Shown here piece after piece: positions 34,672 to 42,621 of a stretch of DNA of 64,000 nt. The position numbers and the translations under genes were made by a program. The DNA comes from an uncultured Candidatus Saccharibacteria bacterium (GTDB taxonomy: Bacteria; Patescibacteriota; Saccharimonadia; Saccharimonadales; UBA4665). The stretch covers positions 7,378 to 71,377 of the forward strand of contig CAZMWE010000001.1 in the NCBI GenBank assembly GCA_964570005.1, in the 5' to 3' direction. Numbering within the stretch: position 1 is the stretch's first letter; every line of letters starts with the position of its first letter. The notes under the pieces are model-generated. The model saw only the letters and a list, made by a program, of their open reading frames with translations. It was not told the origin of the DNA and made no database searches.

Positions 34672-34680
34672 CTGCCTGTC

Positions 34681-35313
34681 CTACCCTGCGTTTGCTGCCG
34701 CCAACCTGTTTAGTACCCTGAAGAGCCGGCTGAGCGCTGTAGCAGCTGCCCCGACCGCAATGACGATAACGGCCAGCGGCACGCGGTTGCTGAGCAGCCC
34801 GATCAATAGGATAACCATGCGGATTTCAAACGGGAACAGGCCGCCCCGGAAGGCTTTGTTGACCTCATGTCTGCTGGGCGGTAGCTTAGAAACAGCAACA
34901 TCCCCTGCCGCATTGACATAGCTGGTGAGTAGCGAGCAGCCGCAGGCGGCGATGGCCCACACGGCCAAGTAGGCCCGGCCGGTGCCGGCGATGATCGCCC
35001 AGGCGGCACCTGTGTAGAGCAGTACTTCCTTGAAGCGGTCAGTGATGCTATCCAGTAGTGCACCGGTTGCGGTAACGCGTTTTTGCACCCGCGCCAGTTC
35101 GCCGTCCAGCGTATCAAACAGCCCAAATACCACTAGGAATAAGGCTGCCCAGTAATTATGTTGCGTGGCAATGAGCCAGGCGATAGGCACATGCATCAAC
35201 AACCCAAACACGGTGATGCCGTTTGGGGTAATACGGCCGTGGCTTACGGTGTTTAGTAGCCGGGCAAACATCCGCATGATGATTCGTATCACCTGCTTTA
35301 TGTAATCAATCAT
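34681..35313 (-). CDS. CDP-alcohol phosphatidyltransferase
   Basis: Exact DG-x2-AR-x8-G-x3-D-x3-D signature: DGELARVQKRVTATGALLDSITD. TGaTACAAT lies 9 nt upstream of the ATG. Confidence 0.88.
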   Translation of the reverse strand: MIDYIKQVIRIIMRMFARLLNTVSHGRITPNGITVFGLLMHVPIAWLIATQHNYWAALFLVVFGLFDTLDGELARVQKRVTATGALLDSITDRFKEVLLYTGAAWAIIAGTGRAYLAVWAIAACGCSLLTSYVNAAGDVAVSKLPPSRHEVNKAFRGGLFPFEIRMVILLIGLLSNRVPLAVIVIAVGAAATALSRLFRVLNRLAAANAG

Positions 35314-35435
35314 GACGCCTGTATTGTATCATCTGCTCGCAGAATGCGGGCTCTCTGGATATCGAAATAGGAGCAGGGGGGTGCTTACTTTGGCTGGACT
35401 TTACTTTGTGCTGTGCTGTGATTAGAATGCAGCGT

Positions 35436-36029
35436 ATGGGCCGATTAGGCGACAGATTGCCGGGACTTATAGATGTACACCCCGAACTACGCGATTTCCT
35501 ATTAGTCTGTGATGACCCTACCGTGACACAGATGACTCAGATTGTCGGTGGCGAGCACATACCGTCAACTCTTCAGCTGCTATCAACAGCTCAGGAGGAG
35601 TTGATGAATAGTGGTACGGAACCAGGTCTAGTCACTCCTCGGGCTGAAGCGCGTCTCGCACGTGTAGGGTTGATGACAGCTGAAGCGGCATTACCACACG
35701 TAGTCATTTGTGAGGCTGCGGCGTTTAGGCGTGCTGGCCGGGGGCAAGCAGCTTTCGCCAGGGATGTGATTCGGCAAGGTGGTAGTTTACAGGTGGGCGT
35801 AGTGGCATCTCTTGACGAAATTGGTGACGGGTGGCCAGTGGCTGCGGGTACTGACAAAGTATTGGAACTCTTCTATCGTAGGCGAGGTGGAGAACCACAA
35901 GCTTTTGTAAACGACGGCTACACACCTGTAGCACGAAGAACGGACGCCGCTAAACGGCTGGCTGCGTTTGCAGCCCTCGCGACGCAGCAGGCAAAATACA
36001 AGCAAGAAGCGTTAGATCTTATAACCTAA
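35436..36029 (+). CDS. hypothetical protein (ORFan)
   Basis: ORF 35406..36029 trimmed to ATG 35436 (MGRLGDRL..), 7 nt after TAGAAT at 35423..35428. No recognised motif. Confidence 0.4.
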   Translation: MGRLGDRLPGLIDVHPELRDFLLVCDDPTVTQMTQIVGGEHIPSTLQLLSTAQEELMNSGTEPGLVTPRAEARLARVGLMTAEAALPHVVICEAAAFRRAGRGQAAFARDVIRQGGSLQVGVVASLDEIGDGWPVAAGTDKVLELFYRRRGGEPQAFVNDGYTPVARRTDAAKRLAAFAALATQQAKYKQEALDLIT

Positions 36030-36054
36030 GTAACCGCCTAGTTAGATTGCTAGG

Positions 36055-36648
36055 TTATTTGAATGCCGTAAAAAAGCTTACGGCTGCAAAAATAACCAGG
36101 ATGACCGCGGTGACGCGCTGTAGCGTGCGGCCAGGTACGTGTTTGATGAGTTTGGAGCCTAATGTGACGCCCAGTGCCGCGACGGTCCAGAGCGCCGCCA
36201 CGGCGCCGATGCTAACGCTGAGCGGGTCATGGTATTTGGCAGCGAAGTTGGCGGTGGCGATCTGGGTTATGTCGCCCCACTCACCCAGGAAAATGACTAC
36301 GAACGATGTAGCGAAGACCTTCGGGAAAGTATCGGCTGCACCGCGAGCTTGTTTCTCCAGTTTTCTGCGTTCCTCAGCTTCGTCTTCATCTTTTCCAAAG
36401 GCGAGCAGCCCTGCCCCTAGCAGAAACAAGACGCCGATGATTGCTTCGAGCAAATGCCGAGGTAACAGTGTCATAAGATGTCCGGCGGTGACGGCGATGA
36501 TAACGTGGATCAAAAAGGCCACCGCCGCGCCGGCCCAGACGTAGGATTTACGGAAACGGGTGCTGAGTGCCAGACTGGCGAACATGGATTTGTCCGGCAG
36601 CTCAGCGACAAAGATAAAGGCAAAAACTACCAGGATAGTAGCGGACAT
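36055..36648 (-). CDS. GDT1/TMEM165 (UPF0016) family cation (Ca2+/Mn2+) transporter
   Basis: Two E-x-G-D-[KR]-[ST]-type repeats: AELPDKS and GEWGDIT. 6 TM. Confidence 0.85.
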   Translation of the reverse strand: MSATILVVFAFIFVAELPDKSMFASLALSTRFRKSYVWAGAAVAFLIHVIIAVTAGHLMTLLPRHLLEAIIGVLFLLGAGLLAFGKDEDEAEERRKLEKQARGAADTFPKVFATSFVVIFLGEWGDITQIATANFAAKYHDPLSVSIGAVAALWTVAALGVTLGSKLIKHVPGRTLQRVTAVILVIFAAVSFFTAFK

Positions 36649-36681
36649 GGCTATTACTGTAACAGCTTGGACAGCTTGTTC

Positions 36682-37197
36682 CTACAAGCGGTTCGCATCC
36701 GGTGAAGGATGTTTGGACAGTGGACGGAACTCGGCAGGCCTATTGAATAGATGAGCTTCCATGGCGCGCACGAACGAATCCGCTGCACGCCGGTTGAATG
36801 TGCGGACACTTAGCTCGCCCATGCGGGTGCTGAGCGTGACGGTACCGGCAAAACCGGCCCTGCCATGGGCAACACCACTCACGACTTCATACGAAATTTC
36901 ACTGGCGTTTAGAAATAACGGCTTATGATCGATAAGCATAAGACGGCGGCTTGTCGCAACTAATGCTCCCCTGCCCGGCGGCTTCCCGAATTGCTGCTTA
37001 TAGCGACCATACACGACACCTTCAATAGTTTCTCCTGGTACCAAGAAGCGAGGAAGACTGCGGGTTTCGGGCAGCCAAAGGTCGTAGAGATTGGCGCCAA
37101 GTTGCTTAAGCGTGTCGGTGACTGGCTCCGCATGGTTTGTGGCGGGTGGCGGCGGTAGGGGCCGAGCACCCACTGATGACTGTGATTGGCTGCTCAT
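36682..37197 (-). CDS. bacterial PH-domain protein
   Basis: ..GETIEGVVYGRYKQ..GALVATSRRLMLIDHKP..ISYEVVSGV..GTVTLSTRMGELSV.. fits a bacterial PH (bPH) fold pattern. AGGAGG SD. Confidence 0.55.
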   Translation of the reverse strand: MSSQSQSSVGARPLPPPPATNHAEPVTDTLKQLGANLYDLWLPETRSLPRFLVPGETIEGVVYGRYKQQFGKPPGRGALVATSRRLMLIDHKPLFLNASEISYEVVSGVAHGRAGFAGTVTLSTRMGELSVRTFNRRAADSFVRAMEAHLFNRPAEFRPLSKHPSPDANRL

Positions 37198-37269
37198 AGC
37201 ATATCCCTCCTATGACTTCAGTAAACCACGTTCCGCATGGTGCAGCATTGACATAGATCACAGCCTGGC

Positions 37270-37285
37270 TGTGCGGCTGCGCACA
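37270..37285. promoter_or_regulatory. CRP-like palindrome TGTGC-N6-GCACA
   Basis: tgtgcggctgcgcaca has 6-bp perfect arms TGTGCG/CGCACA. It lies 50 nt upstream of ATG 37335 and about 22 nt upstream of a TAGACT -10 candidate (37307..37312). Confidence 0.35.
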
Positions 37286-37334
37286 GCGTCACTCCCTTGG
37301 CACCGCTAGACTGTAACCGTAAGGAGGAACTGAT

Positions 37335-37859
37335 ATGACAGCAAAATTTGGCAAGGGCATATTCGTAGCAAATACCCTGCCGACCCGCAAGCGGCGTCTG
37401 CTTGCGTTCATGCGTGAACATCCGATAGGTGTGGTGTGCAGCGTGACACCAGACGGTGATCCGCATGGCGTAGTCGTGTACTATACTGTCGACGAAAATC
37501 TTACCGTACGGTTTCTGACCAAAGTGCGTACCCGCAAATATGACAACCTCAAACACAATAGCCACCTCATGCTAGTTGTCTTCGATGCCCGCACGCAGAC
37601 GACGTTGACACTTACGGGTGTAGCGGTTGAGTATGCGGGATTGGATGCTATCCACGAAGTTGCTAGGGCTGTCTTTACCGTTCCGCAAACCACGAGCGAC
37701 AACGGGCCGCCGCCGATCGCCAAACTAGTGGCCGGCGCATATACAACCTTCATGATTGAGCCGGCGCAAATCCGGATGGCGGCATATGGCCGACCACAAA
37801 CAGGTGACTATGACGAGCTGTTCGAATCGGTGGAATCGTTTGAGCTGTCTGGTGTCTAA
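37335..37859 (+). CDS. pyridoxamine 5'-phosphate oxidase-family (FMN-binding split-barrel) protein
   Basis: ..LAFMREHPIGVVCSVTPDGDPHGVVVYY..LTVRFLTKVRTRKYDNL.. fits the PNPOx-like split-barrel pattern. Strong AGGAGG SD. Confidence 0.7.
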   Translation: MTAKFGKGIFVANTLPTRKRRLLAFMREHPIGVVCSVTPDGDPHGVVVYYTVDENLTVRFLTKVRTRKYDNLKHNSHLMLVVFDARTQTTLTLTGVAVEYAGLDAIHEVARAVFTVPQTTSDNGPPPIAKLVAGAYTTFMIEPAQIRMAAYGRPQTGDYDELFESVESFELSGV

Positions 37860-38506
37860 ACCTCGGTTCCTAGGGAGTGTTCCAGACCGGCGAGGTCGGT
37901 GACAACAATATGGCCGCTGTCCACGCGCAACCAGCCTCGTGCTTTCAATTTGGCGATTTCGCGGCTGACTGTTTCACGGGACAGCCCGCTGTGAGCGGCC
38001 AAATCAGTTTCGGTTGTGTCGAGCAGTAGTTGGCCGTCGGCTGTTGGTTTGCCAAACCTGCGGCACTCGATCAGCAGTTCGTATATGAGGCGACTGCCGG
38101 CGGTACCTGACATCAGGTGTACTAGCCGGCCGAGTAGGCCTTCCGCGCCTCGGTACACGCGCGTCAGCAGGTCCAAAATGACATCCGGATTAGCCTCTAA
38201 AAACGTGCGGGCGTCAGCGAGTGGTATAAGGTATGTCTCCAGCTCGGTCTCAGTCCGAAAGAAGTATTTGTTGGGGGTGTCGGTGAGCGCCCAGGCCATG
38301 GCAAAAAAGGCTGGCGGCTTGAAGATGTTAACGACGATCTCATCGCCGCGGTAGCTAATGTCGTACTGCCGCACCCTGCCCTTCGTGATATAGAAAATAT
38401 GTTCAGGATTTTCATCGGCGAATACCAATATCTGCCCTTTCGGGTAAATATGCCGCGGGTAACGCGACAGGCTCTCGTGAACTTTGGCAGCGATCTCATC
38501 GGGCAT
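37856..38506 (-). CDS. Crp/Fnr-family transcriptional regulator
   Basis: N-terminal cNMP-binding-type beta-barrel (YPKGQILVFADENPEHIFYITKGRVRQY) and C-terminal HTH (TDLAAHSGLSRETVSREIAKLKARGWL). Trimmed to ATG 38506 with GGAGG upstream. No FNR-type Cys cluster. Confidence 0.85.
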   Translation of the reverse strand: MPDEIAAKVHESLSRYPRHIYPKGQILVFADENPEHIFYITKGRVRQYDISYRGDEIVVNIFKPPAFFAMAWALTDTPNKYFFRTETELETYLIPLADARTFLEANPDVILDLLTRVYRGAEGLLGRLVHLMSGTAGSRLIYELLIECRRFGKPTADGQLLLDTTETDLAAHSGLSRETVSREIAKLKARGWLRVDSGHIVVTDLAGLEHSLGTEV

Positions 38507-38552
38507 AGGTATACCTCCACCGGATAGTATAGGCTCCCGGGCATATCCCTGG

Positions 38553-39212
38553 CTACTGTTCGGTATCGCCTGGCTTGCGGCGCAGGGTACCGGCACGATA
38601 GATGCGGTGAACGACGGCCAGTAAAAGTACCAGGAATAGGGCGACCCACGCGGCCCGAAACGTGCCGTAGCGCAGGTCGGAGCCGGCTCCGAGCGCGTGC
38701 AGAAAGACGGCTAGGATGATGAAATAATTCAAGTAATGCAGCCAGCGCCAGGTTTTTTGATGTGTATCGATGATAGTGAGCGAGCTGAGTACGACCAGCG
38801 CAACACCGTAAGCGGCTAGGATACCGAGTGCTACGGCGACAGCGCTTAGGCTGACCCCAAATAGCGTACTACCGTTACTGTAGTGCGACGCGAATGGGAT
38901 GAGAACCTGCAGCAGGCTGAACGGCATAAACTTGTCAATGAGTAAAAATGTTACGTGGACGACAATGGCAGCGCAGAGGGCCAGCGCCATGGCTTTGTGA
39001 AGCGCCCAGGCTTTAACCGGTTCTAAAAACCGGTAGGTGAACCCGGTAACCTGTCCGATGCCGGACAGCATCAGTAGTATGAGCAGCCCGGCAGCCGTGA
39101 AACCGGCGGCGCGGATAACATACCATGTCCACGAATCTGCGATGCGCTGCGTGGCAATCCGTACGGTACCGTCGGCGATGAGCTGTGTGGTGCTGTGCAT
39201 AATTATTCCCAT
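38553..39212 (-). CDS. ferric-reductase-domain (FRD/MsrQ/NOX-type) bis-haem membrane protein
   Basis: 6 TM. His pairs HKAMALALCAAIVVH (i, i+14) and HYLNYFIILAVFLH (i, i+13) sit in alternate helices. Start at 39212 or 39200, overlapping or abutting the ApbE stop. Confidence 0.7.
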   Translation of the reverse strand: MGIIMHSTTQLIADGTVRIATQRIADSWTWYVIRAAGFTAAGLLILLMLSGIGQVTGFTYRFLEPVKAWALHKAMALALCAAIVVHVTFLLIDKFMPFSLLQVLIPFASHYSNGSTLFGVSLSAVAVALGILAAYGVALVVLSSLTIIDTHQKTWRWLHYLNYFIILAVFLHALGAGSDLRYGTFRAAWVALFLVLLLAVVHRIYRAGTLRRKPGDTEQ

Positions 39213-40108
39213 ATGTTCCCTGCTTTCTGTACGGTACCGTCGGCGGTTTGCAGTATATAATCGGTGACGCCGAGCGGCGGCGGGGCCGTAGGGCTGATTA
39301 CCAGGCACTTGGCGGCGATGTCGGCGGTGACTGCATCTTGAGCACACACTGTGGCGGTTAGCACGTTTGTAGTGGCCGGTTCGCCGGTGCGCGGGTCGAT
39401 GATGTGGTGCCACGTACCTCGTTCATTGGCACCGCGGCGTTTGGTAGTGCCGGAAGTGGCAACGGCGAGCTTTTGCCCGTGATTTTTCACGGCCGCGACG
39501 GTCTTACCCGTTTCTTCCGCACGGGCGATACCGATGTACCAGCTGTCGCTGTTCGCATCAGCACCGTTGCATAAGATGTCACCACCCAGCGATAGCCAGT
39601 AATTACCGATGCCTTCTGTTTGTAACGTTTCACTAAGCCGGTCGAGCAAAAAACCTTTGCCGATACCGCCGAAGTCGAGTGCGGTGTCGGCGGGGATGCG
39701 TGCCCATGTATCCCCGACAGTTATGGTGTGCCAGTCGGCGCTGGCCCGCTGGCCGTAGTCGAGTTGCTTGCTGCCCTTATGGGGCGATGGCCACGATCCT
39801 TTGTAACCGGCCCGCTGCAAAGCCGGCAAAATGAATGGATTGTATAAGCCGCCGGTCTTTTCCGCGTACGCTTTGGCGGTCGCCAGCAGTGTGCGGAACT
39901 CCGGGCTCACTGGTTGCTTTGATCCGGCGGCGGTATTGAAACGGCTGAGTTCGCTGGACACTAAAAACCGGCTGAAGTGTTGTTCGAATGCGTCGATTTG
40001 CTGCCATAGCAGGTTAAATGTGGCTTTGGAGGGGGTGCTGTCCTCCAGAACAAGTGTCAGCAACGCGTCAGAACCAAGAACGTGGCGGGACTGCTGGTAT
40101 CGTCGCAT
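39203..40108 (-). CDS. apbE: ApbE-family FAD:protein FMN transferase (no signal peptide)
   Basis: ..LDFGGIGKGFLLD.., AVATSGTTKRRG and WHHIIDPRTGEP are ApbE signatures. The N-terminus MRRYQQSRHVLGSDALL has no signal or lipobox. Confidence 0.85.
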   Translation of the reverse strand: MRRYQQSRHVLGSDALLTLVLEDSTPSKATFNLLWQQIDAFEQHFSRFLVSSELSRFNTAAGSKQPVSPEFRTLLATAKAYAEKTGGLYNPFILPALQRAGYKGSWPSPHKGSKQLDYGQRASADWHTITVGDTWARIPADTALDFGGIGKGFLLDRLSETLQTEGIGNYWLSLGGDILCNGADANSDSWYIGIARAEETGKTVAAVKNHGQKLAVATSGTTKRRGANERGTWHHIIDPRTGEPATTNVLTATVCAQDAVTADIAAKCLVISPTAPPPLGVTDYILQTADGTVQKAGNIWE

Positions 40109-41110
40109 CTATGACACCGTGCTTACGGGCGGCTGGTAATTGTAGTACGTCTGGTTGGGTTGTGCTGTGGTGGGCGTCGTAGTTGGTGTGGGCGCGGTGG
40201 TTTGTGTTTGTGCAGTCGCGGTAGGGCTACTGGAACTGCTACCGCTAGTGCTGTTGCTGGCCGGCGCTTGTGTGACTGTGTTTGATGTCGGCGCAGCCTG
40301 GGCGCGCGCCTTAGGCACGGCACGGCTGAGGTCAAGCGCCATCACAGCGCCGACGGCCAGCGCAAAGGTTGTCGCACTGAATGCATAGGTAAGCTTGGGT
40401 ACCGACCAACCACGGCCTAGGGTAACCCCGGAGCTTTGAGCAAAGGATTCAATGACGATACGGCTCTCGTGCACACCTTCGTGTACAAGTAGTGAACGCA
40501 TCCCAGCGGTAAAATGCTTGGGGCCACAGATAAAATATGTTGTGTCACCGGTGTCGGGAGCGGTTTGTTGCCGGATATGCTCGGCGTTTATGTTGCCGGT
40601 AGTATCGTTCGTAAAAAATCGTACGTCCAGATACGGGTTTTGCTGTGCTAACAAGTGCAGCTGATCGGCGAATGGCGTGCTGGCTGCCGAACGATTGGCA
40701 AACAACAGGTTTACGGGCAGCGCAATATGTCGCTCCGTCAGGTCCCGCAGTATGCTTAAGTAGGGCGTGATGCCGATACCGCCGGCTAGCATGACTACCC
40801 GCCGGTCATACTCCGGATCAACGGTAAACTCACCGAATGGTCCCTGCACCTGTACGATGTCGCCGTGTTGCAAAGCAGCCGCTGTTCCGGTAAAACGGCC
40901 GCGCACGCGCATCGCAAACTGCAGCACGCCGCTGCCCGGCGTACTGATGATAGAAAAACAGCGCATCGGCGTAGGCCGACCGTTACGCTTAAAGCTGATC
41001 GCGGCATACTGCCCTGCTTCAAACTGCAGCGTACGGTCCACCGGCGCAAGCGTCAGGAGTAATACATCCTGCTTGCGCCCTATGCTTTGTACGGTATAAC
41101 GGTAAGTCAT
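40109..41110 (-). CDS. FNR-type FAD/NAD(P)H oxidoreductase with C-terminal TM anchor and Thr/Pro/Ser-rich tail
   Basis: RCFSI (RxYS-type FAD site), GPFG, MLAGGIGITP and FICGP, then TM TFALAVGAVMAL and a ~70-aa low-complexity tail. Its stop TAG is immediately followed by the ApbE ATG. Confidence 0.8.
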   Translation of the reverse strand: MTYRYTVQSIGRKQDVLLLTLAPVDRTLQFEAGQYAAISFKRNGRPTPMRCFSIISTPGSGVLQFAMRVRGRFTGTAAALQHGDIVQVQGPFGEFTVDPEYDRRVVMLAGGIGITPYLSILRDLTERHIALPVNLLFANRSAASTPFADQLHLLAQQNPYLDVRFFTNDTTGNINAEHIRQQTAPDTGDTTYFICGPKHFTAGMRSLLVHEGVHESRIVIESFAQSSGVTLGRGWSVPKLTYAFSATTFALAVGAVMALDLSRAVPKARAQAAPTSNTVTQAPASNSTSGSSSSSPTATAQTQTTAPTPTTTPTTAQPNQTYYNYQPPVSTVS

Positions 41111-41204
41111 CGTGTTTATTGTCTCAACCGCAGTTGTAGGTTAGCTTAAGGAATCTCACTATTACGTTTTGTGATATACTTATCCAAGTAGTATAGTACC
41201 GCGT

Positions 41205-41561
41205 ATGAGTAGAAATGCACCAGGTTTTTTACCACAAGTAGCTTTCAGTATTCTACTTGCGCTTAGCCTGCGCCCCCGACATGGCTACGAACTTATGCAG
41301 CAGATCGAGGAGGATTCACACGGCAAACTCCGGTTGGGGCCTGGTGCGCTATATGGTGCTATACGTCAATTGCACGATGACGGCCTGATTGAAGAAGTAT
41401 CTCCCGAAAGCAGCCATGAACGCCGCCGCTATTACCGGTTAACGCCGGCGGGCGCGGCCCGGCTGGGTGCTGAAGTGGAATATTTTGAAGCCAGCGTCAG
41501 TCTGGCAAAAGAACGCCGAATTTTGGGTAATGCAATGAGGTTAATGCCATGGCTAAGCTGA
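41205..41561 (+). CDS. PadR-family transcriptional regulator
   Basis: ILLALSLRPRHGYELMQQIEEDSHGKLRLGPGALYGAIRQLHDDGLIEE. TATAGT lies 7 nt upstream of the ATG. Confidence 0.88.
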   Translation: MSRNAPGFLPQVAFSILLALSLRPRHGYELMQQIEEDSHGKLRLGPGALYGAIRQLHDDGLIEEVSPESSHERRRYYRLTPAGAARLGAEVEYFEASVSLAKERRILGNAMRLMPWLS

Positions 41562-42175
41562 GTGCGCGGTTCCCGGTGTACAGCAGGCTGCTTAAGCTCT
41601 ACCCGACACGTTACCAGGAGCGCTACGGCGAGCAGATGTTGCAGACCCTGGCTGACATGCTCGATGCCAACTCTTCTGCGACGGGCCGATTGCTGGTTTG
41701 GCTGCGCGCCACACGAGATTTTCCGGCGAGTTTGTTTTCACAGCAATGGGCGTATGCCGGAACTGTGCTGAGTCGCGAAACACCTCGTTTTGTGCAGCGC
41801 AACGCGCTGGTCAGCGGCCTGTTGTTTGTGCCGTTTTTCGCGATCGCTACCGCGAACGACCTGGTCGCACACCGGCTTTATCACACATGGCTGTGGAGCT
41901 TTGACGTGCTGGTTGCCTGGATTGTTCTACTGCCGGCGTTCGGGTTGCTGCTTAGCACCGCGACCTTGTTTGCGTGGTTGCGCCTGAACAAACGCTCATG
42001 GTGGCAATCACTGCGCGACATTGCGCATAACTGGATGATGCTGTTGCCCATTTTGCTCGGGGTCGGTATTCTCTCTCTGGTGTTCTTCCATGACAGCGTG
42101 CACTGTGTCACCGGTAATCCGGTTCGTGAGCTGCATAATCCCCACGCTACCCTTCGCTGCGTTGAGCAGCGCTAG
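41549..42175 (+). CDS. PadR-associated membrane protein
   Basis: Overlaps padR by 13 nt. The N-terminal helical region is followed by 4 hydrophobic helices, an arrangement common downstream of padR genes. Confidence 0.6.
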   Translation: MAKLSARFPVYSRLLKLYPTRYQERYGEQMLQTLADMLDANSSATGRLLVWLRATRDFPASLFSQQWAYAGTVLSRETPRFVQRNALVSGLLFVPFFAIATANDLVAHRLYHTWLWSFDVLVAWIVLLPAFGLLLSTATLFAWLRLNKRSWWQSLRDIAHNWMMLLPILLGVGILSLVFFHDSVHCVTGNPVRELHNPHATLRCVEQR

Positions 42176-42459
42176 TGACAATCTCTGCTCCTAGACATGC
42201 CCGCTAGTAAAATACGGCCTATACTTGTATACATTTCGCGCAACTTTCGCACACCTCGAAGAAAAACTATGGCATAAATTACAGCGCTTCGCTTCCTGAA
42301 GCCTTACAGTAGTGGACGCCAACCTAACCCATAAAGGAGACTACTATGGCAGAGAACGACACAGGTAACCGCGGGTTTGCGTCCAGGGACGAAGGTAAAT
42401 AGCGTTAATTTAAGCGGCTGCGTAGTTCCCTGCCCAGCTGCCATGTCAGGAGGAGGTAT

Positions 42460-42621
42460 ATGACACGTAAATACGATCTAAAGGCAACTGAAGAAGTTGA
42501 TAAAACCATGCACGAACACAAGCATGATGGTAAATTCAAGAATCGTGCGCAAGCTATCGCCGTAGGACTTAGCAAAGCCCGGCGCAAAGGTGCGCAAGTT
42601 CCTAAAAAGGAGGACATATGA
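42460..42621 (+). CDS. 53-aa conserved small protein (..QAIAxGLSKARRxGxxVP family; DUF6496 from memory)
   Basis: AGGAGGAGG SD 3 nt upstream. Peptide MTRKYDLKATEEVDKTMHEHKHDGKFKNRAQAIAVGLSKARRKGAQVPKKEDI. ATGA overlap with the next gene. Not in the supplied ORF track (below its length cut-off). Confidence 0.6.
   Translation: MTRKYDLKATEEVDKTMHEHKHDGKFKNRAQAIAVGLSKARRKGAQVPKKEDI

Noticed and set aside
36047-36544. 165-aa plus-strand ORF opposite the GDT1/TMEM165 gene
   Set aside because: It is antisense to a gene with both ExGD[KR][ST]-type motifs and has Ser/Ala-rich shadow composition.
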